IMG/VR virus record: IMGVR_UViG_3300020045_005058
Span: 1-39,713 of that record
Reading direction: 5' to 3' (one strand)
DNA: 39,713 bases
Source of the DNA: a virus
Taxonomy: Duplodnaviria; Caudoviricetes
Below, in pieces: positions 26,771-35,397 of the stretch (its first letter is position 1; the number at the start of each line of letters is the position of its first letter). A model generated the notes under the pieces. It saw only the letters and a list, made by a program, of their open reading frames with translations, was not told the origin of the DNA and did not search any database. The position numbers were made by a program, and so were the translations under genes.

Positions 26771-27247
26771 CTACTCGGCCAGCTTGGACAGGTAGGCGCG
26801 GGCCTCGGATGCGCGGCGCTCCAGATCAGTCACCTCGAGGGTGAGCTTGTAGCGCGTGTCGCTGACAGCCAGGGCCATGGCCTCGGCGTCGGCAACGATG
26901 GCCAGGGCCTGCGCCTTGGCGTCCGTCACCAGGGATTCAGCGGCAGCGGTCAGCAGACCGGCCTCGATGTGGGCGCCATCCAGAAGTTCAGCAGCCGCAG
27001 CCTTGGCGTCGGCCTGGGCCTGCGCGGCAGCTTCAATGGCTTCCTTGGCTGCCAGCTCTGCGTCGGCTACCTGTTGCTGTGCCGTGGCAAGGCGAGGCTC
27101 CAGGGCGGCCAGGGCGGCCTCGGCCTCAGTCTTGGCCTGCTCTGCACCGGCAGCGAGGTCTAGCGCTCGGGACACCTGCTCGAAGGCCTGGAAGCCGCGC
27201 AGCAGACGGCGCGCGTCATCGGCGGCCTGGAATAGTTGTTCGCTCAT
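26771..27247 (-). CDS. Ala-rich coiled-coil protein
   Basis: GGAG RBS; strong phage codon bias. Confidence 0.8.
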   Translation of the reverse strand: MSEQLFQAADDARRLLRGFQAFEQVSRALDLAAGAEQAKTEAEAALAALEPRLATAQQQVADAELAAKEAIEAAAQAQADAKAAAAELLDGAHIEAGLLTAAAESLVTDAKAQALAIVADAEAMALAVSDTRYKLTLEVTDLERRASEARAYLSKLAE

Positions 27248-27250
27248 GGG

Positions 27251-27598
27251 TTACTCCCGCGCCAGCAGTGTGACGGAAATGGATGTGGTGCCGTCGCCGG
27301 CTGTCACGCGCGGGCGCACCAGGTAGGTGGCCTCGGTGGCCATTTCGATCTTGGCCTGGGTGAAGTCGAGCGCATTGCCCTGCGGGTCGGTCAGCGCGGC
27401 CCAGTCGGTGCCGTTGTTGCTGCCCTCGAACCGCACGCTGCCGGAGGCGCCAAAGGGGCCCACGACCTGCACGCTCTTGTCGGTGTACTGGGAGAACGGG
27501 ATGGGCTCGCCATCGTCGCCATTGGCCAGGCCGTCCCAGGAAACGAGGATCGTCTTGGAGTTCTGTGTCGGTTTGCGGGTGTGTGCAATCGTTGCCAT
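27251..27598 (-). CDS. Hypothetical virion protein (115 aa)
   Basis: GAGG RBS; SVQVVG.FG...V.FEGSN..DW..L..P beta-rich pattern. Confidence 0.8.
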   Translation of the reverse strand: MATIAHTRKPTQNSKTILVSWDGLANGDDGEPIPFSQYTDKSVQVVGPFGASGSVRFEGSNNGTDWAALTDPQGNALDFTQAKIEMATEATYLVRPRVTAGDGTTSISVTLLARE

Positions 27599-27613
27599 GA
27601 GGGCCTCGCGTGG

Positions 27614-27637
27614 AAAACAGGCCCCGTGTGGAGCCTG
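27614..27637 (-). terminator. Rho-independent terminator after the capsid cluster
   Basis: CAGGCTCC-ACAC-GGGGCCTG-TTTT on - strand. Confidence 0.65.
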
Positions 27638-27641
27638 CTTG

Positions 27642-27821
27642 TTAAATCACCGGTTCGTCGTCGTCCGCGGCCGGGGCATCGCCCTTGCCCTTGGGTTTCT
27701 CCTTGGGCGTCTTGGGCACTGGCTTGAACCAGGATCCCTTGACGCCCTCGGGGACGTCGAACTCTTCGCCGGGCTCACGGACCGATCCGAGGTAGCCCTT
27801 TTCAAGTGCGACTACCTTCAT
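27642..27821 (-). CDS. Small head-associated protein (59 aa, MKVVALEKGY..REPGEEFDV..SWF)
   Basis: Fills the gap after the cement gene; not in ORF track. Confidence 0.75.
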   Translation of the reverse strand: MKVVALEKGYLGSVREPGEEFDVPEGVKGSWFKPVPKTPKEKPKGKGDAPAADDDEPVI

Positions 27822-27823
27822 GA

Positions 27824-28252
27824 TCAGGCGACCGTGAAGCCGCTAGGGTAGGACGGGCTGGCCTGCTCATCCATCACCAGGAACGCGTCCACGGTGCCGG
27901 CCGTCATGGCAGCGGTTGCCACGCGGTAGGACACGCGGATGTAGCGGCGCAGGCCGATGGGCAGGCGCGACTGCAGCAGGATCTTGTTGATGGTCAGGGC
28001 GGCCAGTGCGTACACCGGGCCAGCCTGAACGTCAGCCCAGGTGCTGTTGTCGGCCGAGTCCTGCAGAACCACCTGCAAAGTGCCGGCGCCACCAGAGGTG
28101 AACGCGGCGCCCGTGCGGATGAACAGGTACTCTTCGCTGCCGATGCCGATGTCGGCGGCCGCACCGGTGTCGTAGACGTTGGTGGAGGCCGTGTCGCCGG
28201 TCGAGGTGATCGCCTGCAGCGCGCTGAAGTTGGTTTGGGTATCGAGGATCAT
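27824..28252 (-). CDS. Capsid cement/decoration protein (Bbp16-like)
   Basis: MILD...FS..QAIT....STNVYD..LQDSADN..RRYIR.Y..MTAG; follows MCP. Confidence 0.85.
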   Translation of the reverse strand: MILDTQTNFSALQAITSTGDTASTNVYDTGAAADIGIGSEEYLFIRTGAAFTSGGAGTLQVVLQDSADNSTWADVQAGPVYALAALTINKILLQSRLPIGLRRYIRVSYRVATAAMTAGTVDAFLVMDEQASPSYPSGFTVA

Positions 28253-28274
28253 GTGATGCTCCAGTTTATGTTGA

Positions 28275-29324
28275 TCAGACCACGCGGGCTTCAGTGGAGA
28301 GCAGGCGGTCCACAGTGCGAACTGGTACGCCCAGGAAGGTCGTGGTGCCGTTGTTCACGGAGCCAGGGGCCACGGTGCCGAACTGGTTGATGGCGGGCTG
28401 CACGGCCAGGGCTGAGTTGGACTTGTCCAGGGCTGCGACGCCGAGGAATTCCTTCACGGTGCGGCTGGCGTAGAACACCGGACGACCGAGGCCCATCATG
28501 GGGATGCGGGACATGGCGCGGATCATCATCTTCATGATGGCCGTCGAAGCGGTAGAGGCTTGCGTGCCGGTCTGGCCGACGAGGTCGGACACATCGACGT
28601 TGGCGATGCGCACGGCATAACGCCAGTCACGCACGGCCAGGCCGCAGTCCCAGCGCCACAGGTCGGACACGGCGCGGTAGCGGTTGTTGCTGCCGTCGAA
28701 CGCGTCGATCTCGCCGAGATCCTTGTGGTCCAGGCCGGCGCTCGAGCCCTTCGGGTAGATGCCGGTGATGGTGTTCTCGCCCCAGACGACCAGCCAGATG
28801 GAGGTGTTGTCAGAGCTGGTGCCGCCCGCGTCCAGGATGTTCTGGCTCGAGGGGATGGATGCCGACAGGCTGTTGTAGCGAGGGGTCAGGCCGGTGAATC
28901 GCTCGGGGTTCACGGCGGTGTCGCCGTAGATCAGAGCTTCGCCCAAGGCCTGGTTCATGCCTTCGATTTCCGCCATGGCTTCCGACATGCGGAAGGCTGC
29001 GGTGTTGCCGTTCAGGCCGGCGACTTTCACGTCGATCTCGTTGCGGGCTTCCAGGAAGCCGCAGGTATCGGTGACCTGTGCGCGGGTGGACTTGGACGGA
29101 GGCACGCCGCCATACAGCTTGCGCCATGTGGGGACGGGGATGCCGGTGCGGACGGTGGACTGGTGACCGGTGGGCAGGTTGCCCTCGATCCACGTCATGT
29201 CCTGCAGGACTTCGTTGGTCTGGCTCAAGAGCTCGATGGTCGATGCCACGGAGCCGTTGGGGTCGATGCTCTTGGCGAAGTCATTGAGGGTGACCGCGCC
29301 TGCTTTACTGGGGAGAGTTGCCAT
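28275..29324 (-). CDS. Major capsid protein (BPP-1 Bbp17-like)
   Basis: IELLSQTNEVLQD..EGNLPTGH..VRTG.P...WR, SIWLVVWG..GIYPKG, RDWRY.VRIAN; GGAG RBS. Confidence 0.93.
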   Translation of the reverse strand: MATLPSKAGAVTLNDFAKSIDPNGSVASTIELLSQTNEVLQDMTWIEGNLPTGHQSTVRTGIPVPTWRKLYGGVPPSKSTRAQVTDTCGFLEARNEIDVKVAGLNGNTAAFRMSEAMAEIEGMNQALGEALIYGDTAVNPERFTGLTPRYNSLSASIPSSQNILDAGGTSSDNTSIWLVVWGENTITGIYPKGSSAGLDHKDLGEIDAFDGSNNRYRAVSDLWRWDCGLAVRDWRYAVRIANVDVSDLVGQTGTQASTASTAIMKMMIRAMSRIPMMGLGRPVFYASRTVKEFLGVAALDKSNSALAVQPAINQFGTVAPGSVNNGTTTFLGVPVRTVDRLLSTEARVV

Positions 29325-29374
29325 GGAATAGCTCCAAAATTGTGTACTGGGTCACTCGATGACGTCTCCCACTG

Positions 29375-29431
29375 GGCTACTGAGAAGCAACCGGGCTGTT
29401 GAGAAACAACCACTGTGGTGAGAAAACCACA
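29375..29431 (-). promoter_or_regulatory. Three tandem 18-nt hairpins with UUCUCA at 19-nt period in the MCP leader
   Basis: TGAGAA at 29381, 29400 and 29419; stems differ in sequence but all pair. Confidence 0.7.
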
Positions 29432-29444
29432 TCAATCAGGCCGC

Positions 29445-29473
29445 AATGTACCTGATTTCTGGCGTAGCGTAAA
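29445..29473 (-). promoter_or_regulatory. Putative sigma70-type promoter for MCP (TTTACG-N17-TACATT), overlapped by AATCAGG-N10-CCTGATT and an operator motif
   Basis: Lies just downstream of the scaffold-gene terminator. Confidence 0.5.
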
Positions 29474-29487
29474 TGCAACAGCCCAAT

Positions 29488-29512
29488 AAAAAAACCCGGC
29501 GTGAACCGGGCT
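29488..29512 (-). terminator. Rho-independent terminator after the scaffold gene
   Basis: CCCGG-TTCACG-CCGGG-TTTTTTT on - strand. Confidence 0.75.
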
Positions 29513-29537
29513 TTGTTGTTTATTCGCAACAGGTTGG

Positions 29538-30251
29538 CTATGCGCCGCCCTGGCCAGGCCACAGCCGTTCCGCCAGGGGCTTCACCACCACGCCGGCGTT
29601 GTTGCTTCCAAGGCCGGCCGCGTCGCTCTCGCCCATGCCCTTGCCGATGCCGTGCAGGAACTGGATGGCTCCCTTGTAGCCCAGCACGCCCTCGATGGCT
29701 GCAATGGTGGCCCCGGCCTTCTCGCCCGGCATGAACTGGCGGATGGCGCGGCGCGCGAGCTCCATGTTCTCGGTGTGGGCCGGGCCCCATTCGTTCTGCA
29801 GGGCCTGCGCCTCTGCGGTGTTCTTGGCGTTCATGGCCACGGCCTGGGCTGCGTCCTGCGCGGCAAAGGCGTCCTGCTGCTTGGCCATCATGGCGTTCCA
29901 GTCGGCGGCCAGGCCCTTGGCTTGGTCTGCCGTGATGCCGTGCTTGTGCAGGATGGGCGCCATCTCCTTGGCGAACTCGCCAGTGTCGCCCTCTGGCACC
30001 GGCAGCTCATAGGCCTCCGGGGTCTCAGGCCGGCCAATGGCCGCGTAGAACTCGGACCACTGCTCGGGCGTGGCGTCCTTGCCCGGCATCACCAGGGCAG
30101 GCGCGGCATTGGGGTCGGCGGCAACGGGCGGCGTGACAGGCGCGGCAGCGTCGCCAGCCGGTGGCGTCACGGGCGCGGCGGCAGGTGCACCGGGGTCGGC
30201 CATCAGCGCGCTGGCTGCGGATACGGGTGCGGGGGCAGCGGGATCACTCAT
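29538..30251 (-). CDS. Capsid scaffolding protein
   Basis: Pro/Ala-rich N-terminus, GRPETPEAYEL, L..EWG; lies between portal and MCP. Confidence 0.85.
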   Translation of the reverse strand: MSDPAAPAPVSAASALMADPGAPAAAPVTPPAGDAAAPVTPPVAADPNAAPALVMPGKDATPEQWSEFYAAIGRPETPEAYELPVPEGDTGEFAKEMAPILHKHGITADQAKGLAADWNAMMAKQQDAFAAQDAAQAVAMNAKNTAEAQALQNEWGPAHTENMELARRAIRQFMPGEKAGATIAAIEGVLGYKGAIQFLHGIGKGMGESDAAGLGSNNAGVVVKPLAERLWPGQGGA

Positions 30252-30519
30252 TTTCTAGTTCCTTCATGGCTAAGAGCTGTTCGTCAGAAATATTCAGGGT
30301 CGCCTGAATGCGCAGGTACACCTCGCGCCGGCCTTCGCAGAGCGCCGTCGCATGCGTGTCAATGTGGCCATCCTTGCCCACCACCACGCAGGACGTGTTC
30401 GCCCGGCAGAAGTCCGCCAGGTCGGCCAGCAGTGCGTCGGCCTGGGGCTTGGTGGGTTTGCGCTGGAACACGGCGCGGTAGGCCTCGCGCACGTTCCACC
30501 ATCGGAGGTATTCGGTCAT
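30244..30519 (-). CDS. Bbp19-like head protein
   Basis: AYRAVF..LLADLADFC..EGRREVYLRI. Confidence 0.85.
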   Translation of the reverse strand: MTEYLRWWNVREAYRAVFQRKPTKPQADALLADLADFCRANTSCVVVGKDGHIDTHATALCEGRREVYLRIQATLNISDEQLLAMKELENE

Positions 30520-30746
30520 TGGCCACGGGCTCGGATGGCGGCTGCGCAGTGCAGGTGGTCATCGCAAGAGCAGCTTCCAGTGTTCTCGCACACACTGGCA
30601 CACGCCTCACGCTCACGGGCCACAGCCACCAGCGCCACATGCTCAGCAAACAGCAGCGCGCTTGTGGTTGTCACATGCAGCCCATCGCTGCCGGGTGGGT
30701 ATTCGATGAACGCGGCCCACTCCGCTTTGATTTGTTTTTCGGTCAT
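30516..30746 (-). CDS. Inserted hypothetical protein (EREACA..CAAAIRARG type)
   Basis: ATGA coupling downstream; TGcGATAAT 6 nt before ATG. Confidence 0.65.
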   Translation of the reverse strand: MTEKQIKAEWAAFIEYPPGSDGLHVTTTSALLFAEHVALVAVAREREACASVCENTGSCSCDDHLHCAAAIRARGQ

Positions 30747-30770
30747 GATGCGATTATCGCACCATCAGCG

Positions 30771-32429
30771 TCACTGTCCAAGCATTGCGGCCATGTCGTT
30801 CGGTGCCGATGCGGCAGTGGCCCCGGCCTGCGCCAGATCCTTGGCTGCCGATGCGGCCACCGGTGCGGCTGCGAGGATTTGCTGCAACTGGGCCTGCTGG
30901 GCCTGGGCTGCATCGATCTCCTCCATCTCGTCGTCGGTGTACATCACCTTGGACGGCATGCCGTTCAGGCGCGCGAGCTCCTTGCTGACCTTGTCCATGT
31001 TGAACCGCTTGAACACCGACGGCCCGGCCACCTGTGCCACCGGCGCCAGCTGCTCGAACGTGCGCAGGATGCCCACGCCATTCTCGGATTCGCGTGCACG
31101 GGACAACGGACTGTCAAACTCGATGGCGTAGAGGCCGCCATTGTCCATCAGCTTCTTGGGCATGGGCGGCAGCTGGTCGGCCATCGCCAGGATGTCGAGC
31201 TCGCGGGTCATCATGCGGGTCAGCAGCTCGGATTCGATGCGGCTGCCGGTGGGCCCGATAAGCTGGCCCTTCTCCTGGGCGCGCAGCATGGCCTCGGTCG
31301 CCGTGATGTTTGGCTTGTCCACCAGGATCTGGAACAGCGTCTGCAGCAGCGCGTCGTTGATGATGCTGCGCTTCTGGTCCATCATCTCCAGCCCGATGTC
31401 GATCTTGCCGCCCATCTGCATGGGCACGATCATCTGGCGGCCCTGGTCATCGATGCCGCCCTTGTTGATTGCGGCCGGCGTCATGCGCACAGCGTCCAGG
31501 ATGCCATCGCGCGCCGTCAGCAGCGGGGGCAGAACGGCGAGCTGCGCGGCCTGGATGGTCGTGCGGTTCATCTCGTTCAGCATCTTCACATCGGGCAGGA
31601 TCGTCATGCACGGGCTGCGGCCATAGACCTCGCCGGGGTTCAGGTCGTAGCGGCCCACGGCGTAGGGAAACGAGCGGAACCCGCCATCCTCCACCACCGC
31701 GCGGAATTCATAGGCGACGTAATAGGACGCGAACGCCATTCCGCGGGCGTCTGCGCGCTGCACGTCCATGTCGGCGCGAGGCTTCACGCAATGCAGGAAC
31801 CGGAACTCCTGGTCGGGGCGCTTCTCGGCCGCGTCGCGGATCACCTGCGGGAGCTTGTCGCCCCACTTTTGCATGGCCTGGCGCGCGGTCCACATCCAGT
31901 CGCGGTGAACCAGGTCGATCTCGCCAAATTCATTCTCGGCAAAGAACAGCTGCTTGATGGGCACGCCGCGGTAGAACAGGCCCTTGCCCGTGCGCTCGCC
32001 GGTGTAGATGCCCATGCTGCCGTACTTGCCGGAGTTGTAGTAGCAGCCCTGCACCTCGGTATCGAAGTTGGCGCCATAGCGCGCGGCGAACAGTCGGCGG
32101 TTCACCTCCTCGCAGTAGCGGGTGATCTCCACGTCCTCGATCAGATCCTCGTCCACCGGCTTGATCTTGGCCCAGGTCTGGTTGCGAGGCGTCACCAGCG
32201 AGTGCATGGCGGCCTTGAAACGGTCCAGCGCCAGGCCGGGCGTGGCGTCGAACACCTTCTCGGTCTTCTGTTGGCCCTTCAGGGTGTTGGCCATTCCGCC
32301 AGAGCCGAACCGCTGGTCGCTTGGGTTGATGCGGTCGTCAATCTCTTGCCACACCTTTTCGAACACGGCGCGCTGGGTGACCATGCGCTCGTGCATGTAG
32401 ATGATTTCGTCGGCGCGGGCGTCGGACAT
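30771..32429 (-). CDS. Portal (head-tail connector) protein
   Basis: FPYAVGR..GEVYGRSP..LPDVKMLN, TATE..R.QEK..GP..RIESELL, T7 gp8-family motifs. Confidence 0.95.
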   Translation of the reverse strand: MSDARADEIIYMHERMVTQRAVFEKVWQEIDDRINPSDQRFGSGGMANTLKGQQKTEKVFDATPGLALDRFKAAMHSLVTPRNQTWAKIKPVDEDLIEDVEITRYCEEVNRRLFAARYGANFDTEVQGCYYNSGKYGSMGIYTGERTGKGLFYRGVPIKQLFFAENEFGEIDLVHRDWMWTARQAMQKWGDKLPQVIRDAAEKRPDQEFRFLHCVKPRADMDVQRADARGMAFASYYVAYEFRAVVEDGGFRSFPYAVGRYDLNPGEVYGRSPCMTILPDVKMLNEMNRTTIQAAQLAVLPPLLTARDGILDAVRMTPAAINKGGIDDQGRQMIVPMQMGGKIDIGLEMMDQKRSIINDALLQTLFQILVDKPNITATEAMLRAQEKGQLIGPTGSRIESELLTRMMTRELDILAMADQLPPMPKKLMDNGGLYAIEFDSPLSRARESENGVGILRTFEQLAPVAQVAGPSVFKRFNMDKVSKELARLNGMPSKVMYTDDEMEEIDAAQAQQAQLQQILAAAPVAASAAKDLAQAGATAASAPNDMAAMLGQ

Positions 32430-32651
32430 TTAAGCCCCCAGAAGGGTTTTGGCAGCGACCGAGCCGGTGGTGCTGCCCATCGAGCCGGTGCCGACAGTGG
32501 CGCCCGATCCCTTGCGACGGCGCAGGATGTCCGACGTCTGCCGGTCCACCTGGGTCTGGTCCACGGTGGGCACCTTGACCTCTGTCACCGTGGGCGGTGG
32601 TGGTGCCTTTTGCTGTCCGCCACCGAATAATCCTCCAACGAGTCCGCCCAT
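32430..32651 (-). CDS. Small protein between terL and portal
   Basis: AGGAG RBS; MGG..PPPP..RRRKG..KTLLG. Confidence 0.8.
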   Translation of the reverse strand: MGGLVGGLFGGGQQKAPPPPTVTEVKVPTVDQTQVDRQTSDILRRRKGSGATVGTGSMGSTTGSVAAKTLLGA

Positions 32652-32660
32652 GTCGCTCTC

Positions 32661-34169
32661 CTAAAATATCGCGTAGTCCGTGACTGCGCTGGTTTGGTTG
32701 TCCGAGGCGTAGTCCCTGGCCGGTATGGCAAAGGTCAGCGCCAGGCTGTCGGCACGGTCGGGTGACTTGATGCCGCGCTTCTTCGCGTTGTCCTTGGCCT
32801 CCATCAGCAACTCCCCGCCCCGAAACTCGTATTGGAGCGCGGTCAGGTCAGTTGCCAGATCAGGGTCGTTCGGTAACGATGCCCCGTTCTTCAGGTATTC
32901 GCGCATATCGCGCCACATTCTAGCGCGCATGTTGTAGTTTTGGCCATCCGACAGGCGGATTGACGAGTTCACGTCCACAACCTTGGCCCTGAAATCACGG
33001 CGCAGCATGTCGGCAACACCCGAGCCGATGCCGATGGTGTCCACCGCAATCTGGGCAAAATCACCGAGCAGCTCGTTGCGGCACAGCTGGGTGACCTGGC
33101 CGGCGACGTCCTCGACGTCCAGCTTGTCAAAGACCTTGGTCATGCGCACCACACGACCCTGGCGCACGATGATGACGGTCTTGTCATCTCCGAAGCGCGC
33201 CACGTCTACGCCCACCATCACCGGGCCGGTCGCGGGGATGTCCATCGGCCCCTTCCGAGTGGCGGGGGTCACCAGCACACCGGGGATGAAGGCGTTGGTT
33301 ACGGAGGCGGTATAGTCGCGGTCGATCTCCTGCGCCACGACGACAGGATCCAGCTTCGATCTCTGATCCTCGTACCAGGCTTCGTCCTTCCTTGGATCGT
33401 CGCGCCAGTCGAAGACGAACTTGGGAGTCCTCCCGTCGTGCGCCTTGCGGTAGAAAGGGTTACCGGCGCCATTGACCGAGGAGACGTGGATCCTGCAGTT
33501 CGAGGTGGCCGACAGGGACGCCTCCACCAGGTCAGGGTGATCCAGGTGAGCGGACTCATCGATAAAGTACACGCTTGTCCGGTTACCCCTGCCGATGTTG
33601 TCGCCCGCTTCGCCGGTGACGAACGCCCCGTTGCTGGGGTTCATGCAGCGCATGAAGGGTGCATGCTTGTTGGCGTCCCAACCCTGGGGCTGGAACTCAC
33701 TCGGCAGCAGGTTGATGAATTCGCGCAGCTTCCAGAATAGTGACTTCGGGTCGCCGATCTTGTCGACGTACTCCTCTTTGCGGGATCCCATGCCGACGAC
33801 AGTACCGGGGATGAACAGGATCATCCACGCCGCGATGGCGACGCAGAGCCATGAGCAGCCCAGGTCACGCGACTTCTCGACAATGCCGTCCTCTCTGGAG
33901 CGCCATCTGGCGAGCACCCAGTCGATAAACTCGATCTGCTTGGGGAACAGGATGAAGGGCATGATGGTGCGCTGCCCTTTGTCTGCGAGTCTCGGATCGA
34001 ACGTCATCGCCCAATCTGTAATGAAATCAGTAGGATGCCCCGCATAATACTCCTTGAGACGGAGCAGCATCTCAGGATGCTCGCGCAGGTAGCTCAGGCG
34101 CCGGGATCTCTCCTCGTAGATTGGATCGTAGTTCGGATTCTTCCAGTCCCAATCGGCCGGCAGCTGCAT
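32661..34169 (-). CDS. terL: Terminase large subunit
   Basis: EKSRDLGCSW Walker A-like, FIDES Walker B, GVDVARFGDD and SPDRADSLAL nuclease motifs. Confidence 0.95.
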   Translation of the reverse strand: MQLPADWDWKNPNYDPIYEERSRRLSYLREHPEMLLRLKEYYAGHPTDFITDWAMTFDPRLADKGQRTIMPFILFPKQIEFIDWVLARWRSREDGIVEKSRDLGCSWLCVAIAAWMILFIPGTVVGMGSRKEEYVDKIGDPKSLFWKLREFINLLPSEFQPQGWDANKHAPFMRCMNPSNGAFVTGEAGDNIGRGNRTSVYFIDESAHLDHPDLVEASLSATSNCRIHVSSVNGAGNPFYRKAHDGRTPKFVFDWRDDPRKDEAWYEDQRSKLDPVVVAQEIDRDYTASVTNAFIPGVLVTPATRKGPMDIPATGPVMVGVDVARFGDDKTVIIVRQGRVVRMTKVFDKLDVEDVAGQVTQLCRNELLGDFAQIAVDTIGIGSGVADMLRRDFRAKVVDVNSSIRLSDGQNYNMRARMWRDMREYLKNGASLPNDPDLATDLTALQYEFRGGELLMEAKDNAKKRGIKSPDRADSLALTFAIPARDYASDNQTSAVTDYAIF

Positions 34170-34600
34170 CAGGCTCCCTTGATCATGCGTTCGTAAGCGT
34201 CAGCAGGGGTGATGGTTGTGTTCTGCTCGACCTGCAGGCCACCGCTCAGCTCCAGCTGAGACTTGTCGCCCCAGGCCCTGGGATCCAGCTTACTGGCAGC
34301 CTTGGTAGCGTGGTTGACACCGATGTTGATCAGGCTGGCATCCAGCATCGCGGCGCCCTTGCTGCCCGCAGTCTGCGCCCACTCACAGGCCTGGTCGATC
34401 ATCTGCAGCGCCTTCTGCTCCTTGGCAGCGGCGAACTTCGACTTCATCGGCTCGTAGCGGGTGAGGTACATGTAGGCCTTGCTGCCGTCGAGGAAGCAGG
34501 CTTCTGCTGCTTCCCGGATCGACAAGCCGCGCAGCCACCCGTCAAGGATGGCGTCGCAAGCGTCAGCGAAGAGCTGTGCATTGACTGAAGTTGTGGTCAT
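34169..34600 (-). CDS. terS: Terminase small subunit
   Basis: N-terminal HTH-like region; ASKLDPRAWGDK..LELSG; TGATG coupling to terL. Confidence 0.85.
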   Translation of the reverse strand: MTTTSVNAQLFADACDAILDGWLRGLSIREAAEACFLDGSKAYMYLTRYEPMKSKFAAAKEQKALQMIDQACEWAQTAGSKGAAMLDASLINIGVNHATKAASKLDPRAWGDKSQLELSGGLQVEQNTTITPADAYERMIKGA

Positions 34601-34607
34601 GCATGAT

Positions 34608-34637
34608 GTTATAGCCTGAGGCTATCGGGGAATCAAG
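34608..34637 (-). promoter_or_regulatory. Putative terS promoter (TTGATT-N17-TATAAC) overlapped by palindrome ATAGCCTGAGGCTAT
   Basis: -10 box ends 7 nt before ATG; no Shine-Dalgarno. Confidence 0.5.
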
Positions 34638-34647
34638 AGCTTGTTAC

Positions 34648-34673
34648 AAAAAGCACCCCGGAAGACCGGGGCG
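34648..34673 (-). terminator. Rho-independent terminator ending the putative ncRNA
   Basis: CGCCCCGG-TCTT-CCGGGGTG-CTTTTT. Confidence 0.75.
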
Positions 34674-35142
34674 AAGAGGGGCTTGGAGAATGAGTGCAGG
34701 GTCACTCGGGCCGCATTGCTGCGGTGAGACAGGCACATGACGACCTGCCGAGCCCCTGCTGCCAGTGTTGTGCGTCACCGCTGGCTGGACGTGTTGTCTG
34801 TATCTCTGCGGTGCCGGATCTCATCTCGGCGGCCTGATAGTTGGCAGCGTTTCAGCTTCACCGCCACAGAAGTTGGTGGCTTGGTGTACCGTCAGGCAAT
34901 CCCCCTAGTCAAAGGGCTTCATACTCTGAGGAGCTACCCGCATTCGGCTGCGATCTACACATCGGCCCTGGGGTAACACCAGGGGTTGTGTCTTTCGACT
35001 GGCCCTGTCCGGGAAGATCGCATGCGAATACGGTGCCGGTCTTTCCCGGCTGTCAACAGGCATCTGGTGGTTCCTGGATGACGACTGGTCGTCCGGGCCG
35101 AGGCGATTGCAAGGCCCCGCAGGTGCAGTCCAGATGGCTGTC
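34648..35142 (-). ncRNA. Candidate ~490-nt multi-domain structured RNA (or array of RNA elements)
   Basis: Several long stems and junctions with G-U pairs and GAAA/GCAA loops; promoter TTGCAG-N16-TATAAT (35148-35175) upstream and terminator downstream; no credible ORF. Confidence 0.65.
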
Positions 35143-35148
35143 CTACCA

Positions 35149-35397
35149 TTATACAGGATCCTTGAACTCCTGCAACTCCCCCTTCTTCGTCATCCGCGCC
35201 GCCAGCGCCAGGGCTGCCGATACTGCAGCGGGCAGGCTGCCCAGCTTCCAGTGATCCCGCAGATACGCCGCATCCTCCTTGGCCAGCTGGGTGATCATCA
35301 GGCTGTAGCGGGAGCGCTTCTTGTCCCTGCGTCGCTCTTTGAGCAGCGCGTCGCTCAGATAGGGGACGCAGGCTACGTAAAAGGGTTCGACAGGCAC
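35149..35397 (-). CDS. Hypothetical small basic protein (possibly DNA-binding)
   Basis: Open frame in the operon; start uncertain. Confidence 0.55.
   Translation of the reverse strand: MPVEPFYVACVPYLSDALLKERRRDKKRSRYSLMITQLAKEDAAYLRDHWKLGSLPAAVSAALALAARMTKKGELQEFKDPV

Noticed and set aside
29375-29431. Mini CRISPR array
   Set aside because: 19-nt period with no spacers and no cas genes; better explained as tandem hairpins
29652-32630. 992-aa + strand ORF
   Set aside because: Antisense shadow of the portal and scaffold genes caused by GC-rich codon bias; no RBS or recognisable motifs. The same applies to the other long overlapping ORFs in the track.
35105-35135. Twister-sister-like words GCAAGGCC..GGTGCAGTCCAG on the + strand
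   Set aside because: Required stems and downstream conserved segment not found; the region folds better on the - strand
34737-35254. Short ORFs across the putative ncRNA region
   Set aside because: No RBS, atypical composition and no coupling to neighbouring genes
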